Of a stretch of 64,000 nucleotides of DNA, positions 13,586 to 30,500 are shown piece by piece. Position numbers and translations under genes: made by a program. The stretch spans positions 49,848,001-49,912,000 of the forward strand of contig OX597826.1 of assembly GCA_951406725.2 (NCBI GenBank), given 5' to 3'. This stretch comes from Octopus vulgaris. Lineage: Eukaryota. Positions within the stretch are counted from its first letter, which is position 1; every line of letters begins with the position of its first letter. Under the pieces are notes generated by a model. It made no database searches, was not told the DNA's origin, and saw nothing but the letters and a program-made list of their open reading frames with translations.

Positions 13586-14053
13586 AATCTGGGTTTTACC
13601 TTTCTCTCATTCCGAAAGTATCTATTGATGTGGTATACAAAGCTTCCCTGATATAATTCCACCTACTTTCAGCAGAGGAGGTTGGGCAGCTACTGAGGGC
13701 AACCTTGATAAAAACAGCAAAACATTGTCGCAGTGTAGGGTTCGAGGTTCTGGCAGTGTTAATGCGTGGTTGGCTAATTTTCTTGGAGTGATGGACTTTT
13801 TAGGCAGAATCCTCACCCTTCTTATTAGTGAATGATCTGTCTCACAATCCGCGCTACGGGTCAGTTGAACAGAATTCAGAAAGGATCTTCGTGTAATGAT
13901 GAGATCCAACTGATGCCAGTGGTGAGATCTTGGATGTCTCCAAGATGCCTTGTGGGATGTCTTGTTGGGAAAGAATGTGTTGGTGATGCACAGGTTATGG
14001 TATGTGCAAAATTCAAGTAGTCTCTGGCTATTGTCATTCATGTTGCCAATACT
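13586..14053 (-). pseudogene. LINE fragment, AP endonuclease C-terminus (RTE/BovB-like)
   Basis: [42 protein letters not shown]...ADCETDH motifs, with frameshifts. Confidence 0.8.
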
Positions 14054-14124
14054 AAAACACATACACTTACATATATACATACATATATATACGATTGATT
14101 TGTTTCAGTTCCTGTCCACGAAAT

Positions 14125-14231
<107 letters not shown>

Positions 14232-14338
14232 CATACATATATATATGTATGTACACACACACAAAGATAAATTGATAGATACAACTGAGTGGGCAAACAA
14301 AAATGTGAGACACTGCGTAGAGCTTTTTTAAATTTTGA

Positions 14339-14616
14339 TAAGCCTGGTACTTATTCTATCAGTTTCTTCTTGTGAAACCAGTATGTTATGGGGATGTAAA
14401 TACACGAACACCAGTTGCGAAGCAGTGATGAGGGAGAAACACAAAGACACATACACAGAGTTATATACATACATACATATATATACGATTGATTTCTTTC
14501 AGTTTCTGTCTACAAAATCCACTGACAAGGCTTTGGTTGGTCTCAGGCTATAGTAGAAGACACATGCCAAGTTACCACACAGTGGGACTGAACTGAGAAC
14601 CATGCGTTTTGGAACC
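14339..14616 (-). mobile_element. Decayed SINE family A
   Basis: Homology to the reverse complement of 936-1400. Confidence 0.7.
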
Positions 14617-14997
14617 ATAAGAATACTTATGCATAAATCTAAAATCTTAAATAATTTCTTTGTTATTGTAGTATATATCAGTAAAAAATGGAATATTCCC
14701 AAAATTGCATGATTAACTAAATGATTTCCATTTCTTATTTAAACGTGGCAATCCTCTTGAAAAAAATTGAGAAAAAAATCGATACTCAAAAACTGAACTT
14801 TCACGAACTGAATACTCGTCATGTAGTGCTTTCTGCTGGATTTTACCTCGAGATAGGAACCCTGAGGAAGGAGGGCTGAATTTCGAATACTTCGTACAAC
14901 AAACGGCTGCAGGTTAGGAAAAAAAAATTTAATCGCCTCTTTCAATTTAGGTTTTCATTTTTCATGTTTTTATTTGTATTTCATTGTTATGTTTATA

Positions 14998-15480
14998 TTG
15001 GGTTGTCCGGAAAGTTCGTTCCGATTTTTAAAGGAAAGTACATGGTCACTAAATACTCTTCCCAGAATTGGGGTGGTTTCAAGGCAAATAATTCATCAAG
15101 GTATCTTTTTACGTCATCTAAGGAATTGAAATTTTCACCATTAAGACTATTCTGCAGAGACCTGAATAAGTGGAAATCCGAAGGAGTAATATCTGGTGAA
15201 TATGGAGGGTGGGGTAAGTCACCCCAGCCAAGCTGCAGCAATTTTTGTCTGGTTCCCAAAGCATCAAATGCCGATAATGAATTTTTCTCATCTTTTAATT
15301 TAAAGGGTTACAGAATTAACACAGGTTATTGGAACATAAACTTTCTTCCACGAAAAGATAGATTAAACTGTGCTCTAAATGGAGGTGTAGTCAAATCCTA
15401 TTTTATGGACTCAAACATGTTCTAAAATAAGTCGAAAGATAAGCTACTATAAATCTGCAAGAACTTTCCGGACAACCCAA
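14998..15480 (-). mobile_element. Internally deleted mariner (MITE-like) retaining the transposase C-terminus
   Basis: TA|TTGGGTTGTCCGGAAAGTTC... ~30-bp TIRs ...|TA; LPHPPYSPDITPSDFHLFRSLQN motif. Confidence 0.9.
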
Positions 15481-15955
15481 TATTTCTATATTTTTATCAT
15501 GAAATTCTTAATATAAATATGTGGATATTCGTATGGAATAATACCTCATGTGCTACATCTGAATTTTCTTGTCTGAATGTTTTAAGACAAATATCCGAAA
15601 TTTTTATTGTATACCACATTTTATTAATACTTAGCTCATATACGGAGACAAAAATGTTGTACTATATACTGCAGGTTATCTCCATTAAAATTATATTTAG
15701 CATTAGAATTCTTCAAGTAGTATAAAAATGGTTATTGTCTGCATCATTCGAAAGCGAAATAAATTTTGCATAAGGTGTAAAAGATAAAAAATAATTTGTA
15801 TGGTGTTAGTAACAAAATATTTTGTAAGAAATAGAACTTTTATCGTCTGTCTTAAATATATTTTCGCCAGTGTATATATCTCAGGTCATCCCATAAGTTC
15901 TATCTGAATTTTGGATAAAGAATACAAGTGATCAAATGTTATATTTAATTGAAAG

Positions 15956-16946
15956 TTAATCATCAATGTACTTTCCCTAATCATCTATGACTTACCTCCA
16001 TCTATTTACTAGCTTTTTAATCCCATCAACGTAAAACTCTTTTGGTTTGAAAGCGAAGAACTCTGAAATGTCAGGTTCGACCTCCCCCTGGCTTGCGAAA
16101 GTTGTATCCCCCTACTAATTCTGTAAACTTTGAAACAAATGGTATCCTGAAGGAGTAAGGTCGGGAGAATAAGTTGGATGAAGAAATTTTTCCAAACCGA
16201 CCCCTTTGATCTTCTGTGATGTGATCTTTGCAGTGTGGGGTTGCGCATTGTCCTGATGAAACATCACTCGTTTTCGACTCACTAAAGCGGCTCTTTTTTC
16301 CTTCAAAGCTTGGTTCAAACGCTCTAATTGCTGACAGTAGACTTGAGCATTGATTGTTGCATTAGGTGGTAACAATATAAAGTGAATTACGCCTTTGCAA
16401 TCGCACCAGATAGAGAGTAGAACCTTTTTCCCATGAAGTTCCCTTCTCGGTTGAGAATTTTCCCTTTTACCAAGCCACTGTTTACGACGTCTAACATTTC
16501 GATAGAAAATCCATTTTTCATCACAAGTCTATCGAAAAAGGGTGAAATGAGTTTGCGAGAATGGAGAGAAGAGCAGATGCCAACTCGGGATTTGCGGTTG
16601 CTTTCGGACAATACATAAGGCACCTATTTTCCAAGTTTAGGAACCTTTCCACGTTGTTGAAGATGACGATGAACTGTTGTATGGTTTGAAGTAAGCTTTA
16701 TTGTCAATTCTTCAACTGATAATGACGGATTTTCTTCAAGTAATGCCTCAAGGAGCTTGTCAAACTCAACTGGACATCCTGTTCGATATTCATCTTCAAT
16801 TTTGCAGACGATCTCCTGCAAGTTCTTTCATTCGAGCACTTTGCTATAAACTGAGTGTATGTATCGAGTCACTTCGGCATCAGAGTTACCTTTATTGTAC
16901 TCATAAAGAATTATATGTGCCTTAAATGCTCCTTGGATACTTCCAT
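15956..16946 (-). pseudogene. mariner transposase pseudogene
   Basis: MEVSKEHLRH start; TINAQVYCQQL, FHQDNA.PH and YSPDLTPS(G)YHLF motifs; 34-residue spacing with third D mutated to G; stops and frameshifts. Confidence 0.9.
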
Positions 16947-16976
16947 GTTGAAAGGGTTTTAATCAAAGCAATTTTA

Positions 16977-18277
16977 GGGTGTCCACGAAGTCTGGGTTTA
17001 TGGAATAAAATCATAACATAAACAAATAAATATAAGAAATAATAATTTTCCTTTTTTACTTTTGTTTAAATTAAATTTAAAAAATACTTTACTTTTCTAA
17101 ATTTATTTGTTATTTTTTCTACAGATGATCGAATGATGGCTCTGTCTAAAGAAGAAAGAATCCCAGATCGAATGATGAATCTGTCTAAAGAAGAAAGAAT
17201 CGAGTTAGTATTATTAAGTGGACGAGAGGGATGGTCTTATCGCAAAATTGCGGAAGAATTTAATCTTCCACACCCTTGTAGGCAACCTATTTATTTTACT
17301 GCCGTCAGGAAATTGATCAAGAAATTTAAGGAAACAGGCAGTGTTTCGGATAAACCCCGTTCCGGGCGACCAAAGACTTCAAATGAAACTAAAGAGGCTG
17401 TCGAGGCTAAAGTTTCTGCTAGCTAGCCCCCAAAATCACTTCGTCGGACATCTACGGTGTTAGGTGTTCCAAAACCAACCATCCACAAAATGCTGGTTGA
17501 GGAAAAGTTTCATCGATACAACCTACAGATATTGCATCACTTAAATTAAGACGATCCTGATAGACGAATAAATTGGATGAAAATATCAATTTTACGAAAA
17601 ACTTTTTGTTCAGTGACAAAGCTACGTTTTATGTAAATGGTCAACAGACAGAATCTTCTATACTGGTCTCGAGGTAATCCACATTGGATGGATCTATCCA
17701 AACAGCAAGACAGCAAAAAGGTGATGGGGTGGTGTGGTTTTTGGAAAGCTCATGTTCTAGGACCCTTCTTCATTGAACATGTAACGGATGAGACTTATGC
17801 AAATATATTGAGAGACAAATTAATATCTTAAATTGAGCGCCTAGGCGAGGACCTTCCGAATTGGTTTCAGCAGGATGGGGCCCCTACCCATTTTGCCACA
17901 ACTGTTAGAGATTGATTTAATGACACTTTTCCTCCTCACTAGATTGGAAGAAGGGGTCATATGGAATGGTCCCCTCGTTCACCAGACCTTTCTCCCCTTG
18001 ATTTCTTTTTCTGGGGTATGTTGAAAGAGAAAGTTTACTCAATAAAGATTACAGATTTAAAACACACGAGAGAACGCATTACCAGTCAGTGTGCTTAAAT
18101 TGATGGCAATATAGACTTATTTAATCAAGTTCACCTGAATTTTGCAAGGCGCATCAAGTTATGCATTGAAAATGATGGAAATCACTTTGAAAATATTATT
18201 TATTATAATTAAATAAAATTGTTTTGTTTTAAAAGTATGTGTTAATTCCCATGTACGCAGACTTTGTGGACACCGTC
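16977..18277 (+). mobile_element. Tc1/mariner-superfamily DD41D (rosa-type) element nested in the mariner 5' region
   Basis: TA|GGGTGTCCACGAAGTCTG ... CAGACTTTGTGGACACC..|TA TIRs. Confidence 0.85.
17133..18208 (+). pseudogene. DD41D transposase pseudogene
   Basis: KFKETGSV.D.PRSGRP, FSD..TF, WFQQDGAP.H and WSPRSPDLSPLDFFFWG motifs; 41 residues counted between the 2nd and 3rd D; in-frame stops. Confidence 0.9.
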
Positions 18278-19156
18278 TATTATTTTGTAAAACAATACTG
18301 AATTAGTTTAAACGTACACAAATGCATAAAAATAATTTTTAATTGAATTAGACATTTGCAAATACTATTAAATTTCATTCAACTCTAAACAAACAGGTAA
18401 AATTGGACAGAACTGACTGGATGACTTGATATATATAATCTATGATATTCTAGTAAGTTTCAAGTTTATAACACCTTGATATCTCATGTTATCTCATTTT
18501 ATATGCCTAAGACGTTTATTTTCTATTCTGGTTTTTATATATTTCTATACATTATATTTGTATCTATAATTTATTTTAAGCCGAAACATAATACGATCCT
18601 TGTACGAACGAAAGAACAAGAATGTCCTCTGGAACGTTTATCTTCCACCGGCGTTTGTAATCGATGGTGACATGTGCGATGATTTTGCGACTATCTTATA
18701 TTTTACAGAGAAATTGGAAGCCCCGAATGTAAGTCAGCGCTTTATGCATAATTCAATATTCATAGTTCTCTATTTCTAACAGAAATTCTGTCCTCAATAA
18801 CTATAGATCTATTTCTAAATGTATTTCTTTTTCTTTTCCTTCATGCACTCCCGTCTGTCTCTTGACAAAGCTTTCTTTCTCCAGCGTTCACCACGTCACC
18901 TCGTTAGGGTTAAACAGCCCTTAGCGAAAATTTTGACTGTCCTGATTTTGTTAGCAGGGTTGACGTTCCACGTATCTCAATTTTTTTCTAATTTGGTTTG
19001 GGGGAGCAATTGCTTTGACGAAGACGCATCTTTTCGCAATGCGGAGCAAGTAATATTACCAACATCTAAGGAAAGGTTGTTTTTTTTTATATATTCTGCC
19101 TTCACGCTATAGTTCTCTATGTAATTAAGATTCTTCTTCCTCTCCTTCAAAAGCCA

Positions 19157-21146
<1,990 letters not shown>

Positions 21147-21300
21147 TCAACACACTCCTTATACCCTAAGGAAGGCATGTGTAAAATTTGAATGAAATTG
21201 GTTGAGTAGTTCTCAAGTTATAGGGAAATACACAGACAGACAGACACACATTCTCAGATACATAAAAGAATGAGAGTGGGTGATGTTTTATATATACACA
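21147..21300 (-). mobile_element. Probable 5' terminal portion of a Helitron-like element abutting the 70-bp array
   Basis: AAATTTGAATGAAATTGGTTGAGTAGTT...(ACAG)n ACACAC...TTTTATATATA; resembles the GACAGACACAC..TTTTATATATAAAGA ends of the Helitrons in this window. Confidence 0.4.
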
Positions 21301-21330
21301 CATTTATATATACATATTTATATATAGAAC

Positions 21331-21371
<41 letters not shown>

Positions 21372-21579
21372 TTATAGCGTGAGTGAGGAAGATGGCCCCT
21401 AGCAACCACACCTTTTAAGATGGATTTCTAAGGTAGCCCACGAGCATCGTCACCTCATTCTACATGTCCCTGTAACCTTTGGAGCGAATCGGACGGGATG
21501 TAGTGGCATTGAAAGCGATCCAAGCGGTAAAAACGCATTTCAGTTCTATATAGAGAGATATATATAGATATATATATAT

Positions 21580-24500
21580 AAAAATTATATATATATGTAT
21601 ACAAATATATACAAATTATATAGATGTATAAAAATATATACAAATTATATATATGTATGTAAATACGTACAAATTATATACATGTATGTAAATACATCCA
21701 AATTATATACATGTATTTAAATATATACAAATTATATACATGTATTTAAATATATACAAATTATATACCTGTATGTAAATATACAAATTATATATATGTA
21801 AACAAATTATATATATGTATATAAATATATACAAATCATATATATGTATATAAATATATACAAATTATATATATGTATATAAATATATACAAATCATATA
21901 TATGTATATAAATGTATACACATTATATATATGTATATAAATGTATACAAATTATATATATATGTATATAAACGTATACAAATTATATATATGTATCTAA
22001 ACGTATACAAATTATATATATGTATATAAACGTATACAAATTATATATATGTATATAAACGTATACAAATAATATATAGTTATATAAACGTATACAAATT
22101 ATATATATGTATATAAATGTATACAAATTATACATATGTATATAAATATATACTAATTATATATATGTATATAAATATAAACATTATATATATGTATATA
22201 AAGATATACAAATTATATATATGTATATATATATATATACAAATTATATTTATGTATATATATATATACAAATTATATATATGTATATAAATATATACAA
22301 ATTATATTTATGTATATAAATATATACAAATTATATATATGTATATAAATATACACAAATTATATATATATACATAAATATATACAAATATTATATATAT
22401 GTATACAAATATATACAAATTATATATATGTATACAAATATATACAAATTATATATATGTATACAAATATATACAAATTATATATATGTATACAAATATA
22501 TACAAATTATATATATATATATATATATATATACAAATTATATATATGTATACAAATATATACAAATTATATATATGTATACAAATATATACAAATTATA
22601 TATGTGTATACAAATATATACAAATTATATATATGTATACAAATATATACAAATTATATATATGTATACAAATATATACAAATTATATATATGTATACAA
22701 ATATATACAAATTATATATATGTATACAAATATATACAAATTATATATATATATACAAATATATACAAATTATATATATGTATACAAATATATACGAATT
22801 ATATATATGTATACAAATATATACAAATTATATATATGTATACAAATATATACTTTTTATATATGTATACAAATATATACAAATTATATGTATGTATATA
22901 AATATATACAAATTATATTTATGTATACAAATATATACAAATTATATATATGTATATAAATATATAAATATAAATTATATATATGTATACAAATATATAC
23001 AAATTATATATATGATATAAATATATACAAATTATATATATGTATATAAATATATACAAATTATATATATGTATGTAAATATATACAAATTATATATATG
23101 TATATATATATATAGAAATTATATATATGTATACAAATATATACAAATTATATATATGTATACAAATATATGCAAATTATATATATGTATACAAATATAT
23201 ACAAATTATATATATGTATACAAATATATACAAATTATATATATGTATACAAATATATACAAATTATATACATGTATATAAATATATACAAATTATATAT
23301 ATGTATATAAATATATACAAATTATATATATGTATGTAAATATATACGAATTATATATATGTACATAAATATATACAAATTATATATATGTATACAAATA
23401 TATACAAATTATATATATGTATACAAATATATACTTTTATATATGTATACAAATATATACAAATTATATATATGTATATAAATATATACAAATTATATAT
23501 ATGTATACAAATATATACAAATTATATATATGTATATAAATATATACAAATTATATATATGTATACAAATATATACAAATTATATATATGTATACAAATA
23601 TATACAAATTATATATATGTATACAAATATATACAAATTATATATATGTATACAAATATATACAAATTATATATATATATATATATATATATACAAATTA
23701 TATATATGTATACAAATATATACAAATTATATATGTGTATACAAATATATACAAATTATATATATGTATACAAATATATACAAATTATATATATGTATAC
23801 AAATATATACAAATTATATAATGTATACAAATATATACAAATTATATATATGTATACAAATATATACAAATTATATATATATATACAAATATATACAAAT
23901 TATATATATGTATACAAATATATACAAATTATATATATGTATACAAATATATACAAATTATATATATGTATACAAATATATACAAATTTTATATATGTAT
24001 ACAAATATATACAAATTATATATATGTATATAAATATATACAAATTATATTTATGTATACAAATATATACAAATTATATATATGTATATAAATATATACA
24101 AATTATATATATGTATACAAATATATACAAATTATATATATATATATAAATATATACAAATTATATATATGTATATAAATATATACAAATTATATATATG
24201 TATATAAATATATACAAATTATATATATGTACATATATATATACAAATTATATATATGTATACAAATATATACAAATTATATATATGTATACAAATATAT
24301 ACAAATTATATATATGTATACAAATATATACAAATTATATATATGTATACAAATATATACAAATTATATATATGTATACAAATATATACAAATTATATAT
24401 ATGTATATAAATATATACAAATTATATATATGTATATAAATATATACAAATTATATATATGTATGTAAATATATACAATTATATATATGTATATAAATAT

Positions 24501-27500
24501 ATACAAATTATATATATGTATACAAATATATACAAATTATATATATGTATACAAATATATACAAATTATATATATGTATACAAATATATACAAATTATAT
24601 ATATGTATACAAATATATACAAATTATATATATGTATACAAATATATACAAATTATATATATGTATACAAATATATACAAATTATATATATGTATACAAA
24701 TATATACATATTATATATATGTATACAAATATATACAATTATATATATGTATACAAATATATACAAATTATATATATGTATACAAATATATACAAATTAT
24801 ATATATGTATACAAATATATACTTTTTATATATGTATACAAATATATACAAATTATATGTATGTATATAAATATATACAAATTATATATATGTACAGAAA
24901 TATATACAAATTATATATACGTATGCAAATATATACAAATTATATATGTGTGTACAAATATATACAAATTATATATATGTATACAAATATATACAAATTA
25001 TATATATGTATACAAATATATACAAATTATATATATGTATACAAATATATACAAATTATATATATGTATACAAATATATACAAATTATATATATGTATAC
25101 AAATATATACAAATTATATATATGTATACAAATATATACAAATTATATATATGTATACAAATATATACTTTTTATATATGTATACAAATATATACAAATT
25201 ATATGTATGTATATAAATATATACAAATTATATTTATGTATATAAATATATACAAATTATATATATGTATATAAATATATACAAATTATATATATGTATA
25301 TAAATATATATACAATTATATATATGTATACAAATATATACAAATTATATATATGTATACAAATATATACAAAATATATATATGTATACAAATATATACA
25401 AATTATATATATGTATACAAATATATACAAATTATATATATGTATACAAATATATACAAATTGTATATATGTATACAAATATATACAAATTATATATATG
25501 TATACAAATATATACAAATTATATATATGTATACAAATATATACTTTTTATATATTTAAACAAATATATACAAATTATATATATGTATACAAATATATAC
25601 AAATTATATATATGTATACAAATATATACACATTATATATATATACAAATATATACAAATTATATATATGTATACAAATATATACAAATTATATATATGT
25701 ATACATAATATATATTATACAAATTATATATATTTGTATACAAATATATACAAATTATATATATGTATACAAATATATACAAATTTATATATGTATATAA
25801 ATATATACAAATTATATATATGTATACAAATATATACAAATTTATATATGTATATAAATATATACAAATTATATATATGTATACAAATATATACAAATTA
25901 TATATATGTATACAAATATATACTTATATATATGTATACAAATATATACAAATTAATATATGTATACAAATATATACAAATGTATATATATATAAATATA
26001 TACAATTATATATTATGTATATAAATATATACAAATTATATATATGTATATAAATATATACAAATTATATATATGTATATATATATACAAATTATATATG
26101 TAATATTATATATATATATATATAATATATACAAATATATATATTATATAATATATACAAATTATATATATGTATATAAATATATACAAATTATATATAT
26201 GTATCAAATATATACAAATTATATATATGTATACATATATATATTTTATATATTATGTATACAAATATATACAAATTATATATATGTATACAAATATATA
26301 CAAATTATATATATGTATACAAATATATACAAATTATATATATGTATACAAATATATACAAATTATATATATGTATACAAATATATACAAATTATATATA
26401 TGTATACAAATATATACAAATTATATATATGTATACAAATATATACTTTTATATATATGTATACAAATATATACAAATTATATATATGTATACAAATATA
26501 TACAAATTATATATATGTATATAAATATATACAAATTATATATATGTATATAAATATATACAAATTATATATATATGTATAAAATATATAAATTATATAT
26601 ATTATAAAATATATAAAATTATATATATGTATACAAATATATACAAATTATATATATGTATACAAATATATAAAATTATATATATGTATAAATATATACA
26701 TATTATAAAATATATACAATTATATATATGTATAAAATATATAAATTATATATATGTATAAAATATATACAAATTATATATATGTATACAAATATATACA
26801 AATTATATATATGTATAAAATATATACAAATTATATATATGTATAAAATATATACAAATTATATATATGTATACAAATATATACAAATATATATATGTAT
26901 ACAAATATATAAATTATATATATGTATATAAATATATACAAATTATATATATGTATAATATATATATAAATTATATATATATATAAATATATACAAATTA
27001 TATTATGTATATAAATATATACAAATTATATATATGTATATAAATATATACAAATTATATATATGTATATAAATATATACAAATTATATATATGTATATA
27101 AATATATACAAATTATATATATGTATATAAATATATACAAATTATATATATGTATATAAATATATACAAATTATATATATGTATAAAATATATACATAAA
27201 TATATATTATATATATGTATATAAATATATACAAATTATATATATGTATACAAATATATACAAATTATATATATGTATACAAATATATACAAATTATATA
27301 TATGTATACAAATATATACAAATTATATATATGTATACAAATATATACAAATTATATATATGTATACAAATATATACAAATTATATATATGTATACAAAT
27401 ATATACAAATTTATATATATGTATACAAATATATACAAATTATATATATGTATACAAATATATACAAATTATATATATGTATAAAATATATACAAATTAT

Positions 27501-30500
27501 ATATATGTATATAAATATATACAAATTATATATATGTATATAAATATATACAAATTATATATATGTATATAAATATATACAAATTATATATATATGTATA
27601 CAAATATATACAAATTATATATATGTACACAAATATATACAAATTATATATATGTATATAAATATATACAAATTATATATATGTACATAAGTATATACAA
27701 ATTATATATATGTATACAAATATATACAAATTATATATATGTATACAAATATATACAAATTATATATATGTATACAAATACATACAAATTATATATATGT
27801 ATACAAATACATACAAATTATATATATGTATACAAATATATACAAATTATATATATGTATACAAATATATACAAATTATATATATGTATATATATATATA
27901 TATACAAATTATATATATGTATACAGATATATACAAATTATATATATGCATACAAATATATACAAATTATATATGTGTATACAAATACATACAAATTATA
28001 TATATGTATACAAATATATACAAATTATATATATGTATACAAATATATACAAATTATATACATGTATACAAATATATACAAATTATATATATGTATACAA
28101 ATATATACGAATTATATATATGTATACAAATATATACAAATTATATATATGTATACAAATATATACTTTTTATATATGTATACAAATATATACAAATTAT
28201 ATATATGTGTACAAATATATACAAATTATATATATGTATATAAATATATACAAATTATATTTATGTATACAAATATATACAAATTATATATATGTATATA
28301 AATATATACAATTATATATATGTATACAAATATATACAAATTATATATATGTATATAAATATATACAAATTATATATATGCATATAAATATATACAAATT
28401 ATATATATGTATGTAAATATATACAAATTATATATATGTACATAAATATATAGAAATTATATATATGTATACAAATATATACAAATTATATATATGTATA
28501 CAAATATATACAAATTATATATATGTATACAAATATATACAAATTATATATATGTATACAAATATATACAAATTATATATATGTATACAAATATATACAA
28601 ATTATATATATGTATATAAATATATACAAATTATATATATGTATGTAAATATATACAAATTATATATATGTACATAAATATATACAAATTATATATATGT
28701 ATACAAATATATACAAATTATATATATGTATACAAATATATACAAATTATATATATGTATACAAATATATACAAATTATATATATGTATACAAATATATA
28801 CACATTATATATATGTATACAAATATATACAAATTGTATATATGTATACAAATATATACAAATTTTATATATGTATACAAATATATACATATTATATATA
28901 TGTATACAAATATATACATAATTATATATATGTATACAAATATATACAAATTATATATATGTATACAAATATATAGAAATTATATATATGTATACAAATA
29001 TATACTTTTTATATATGTATACAAATATATACAAATTATATATATGTATACAAATATATACAAATTATATTATGTATATAAATATATACAAATTATATAT
29101 ATGTATATAAATATATACAAATTATATATATGTATATAAATATATACAAATTATATATATGTATACAAATATATACAAATTATATATATGTATACAAATA
29201 TATACAAATTATATATATGTATACAAATATATACAAATTATATATATGTATACAAATATATACAAATTATATATATGTATACAAATATATACTTTTTATA
29301 TATGTATACAAATATATACAAATTATATATATGTATATAAATATATATAAATTATATATATGTATATAAATATATACAAATTATATATATGTATATAAAT
29401 ATATACAAATTATATATATGTATATAAATATATATACAATTATATATATGTATACAAATATATACAAATTATATATATGTATACAAATATATACAAAATA
29501 TATATATGTATACAAATATATACAAAATATATATATGTATACAAATATATACACATTATAGATATGTATACAAATATATACACATTTTATATATGTATAC
29601 AAATATATACAAATTGTATATATGTATGCAAATATATACAAATTATATATATGTATACAAATATATACAATTATATATATGTAAACAAATATATACAAAT
29701 TATATATATGTATACAAATATATACAAATTATATATATGTATACAAATATATACACATTATATATATGGATACAAATATATACAAATTATATATATGTAT
29801 ACAAATATATACAAATTATATATATGTATACAAATATATACTTTTTTATATAGGTATACAAATATATACAAATTATATATATGTATACAAATATATACAA
29901 ATTTTTATATGTATATAAATATATACAAATTATATATATGTATATTAATATATAGAAATTGTATATATGTATATAAATATATACAAATTATATATATGTA
30001 TACAAATATATACAAATTATATATATGTATACAAATATATACTTTTTATATATGTATACAAATATATACAAATTATATATATGTATACAAATATATACAA
30101 ATTATATATATGTAAAATATATATATATATACAAATTATATATTATGTATATAAATATATACAAATTATATATATGTATATAAATATATACAAATTATAT
30201 ATATGTATATAAATATATACAAATTATATATATGTATATAAATATATACAAATTATATATATGTATATAATTATATACAAATTATATATATGTATATAAA
30301 TATATACAAATTATATATATGTATTTAATATATACAAATTATATATATATATATAAATATATACAAATTATATATATGTATACAAATATATACAAATTAT
30401 ATATATGTATACAAATATATACAAATTATATATATGTATACAAATATATACAAATTATATATATGTATACAAATATATACAAATTATATATATGTATACA

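Larger units (their letters stand above)
15881..18429 (-). mobile_element. mariner (DD34D) DNA transposon, dead, interrupted by a nested element
   Basis: Imperfect TIRs TCAGGTCATCCCATAAGTTCT / AGAACTGACTGGATGACTTGA|TA. Confidence 0.85.
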
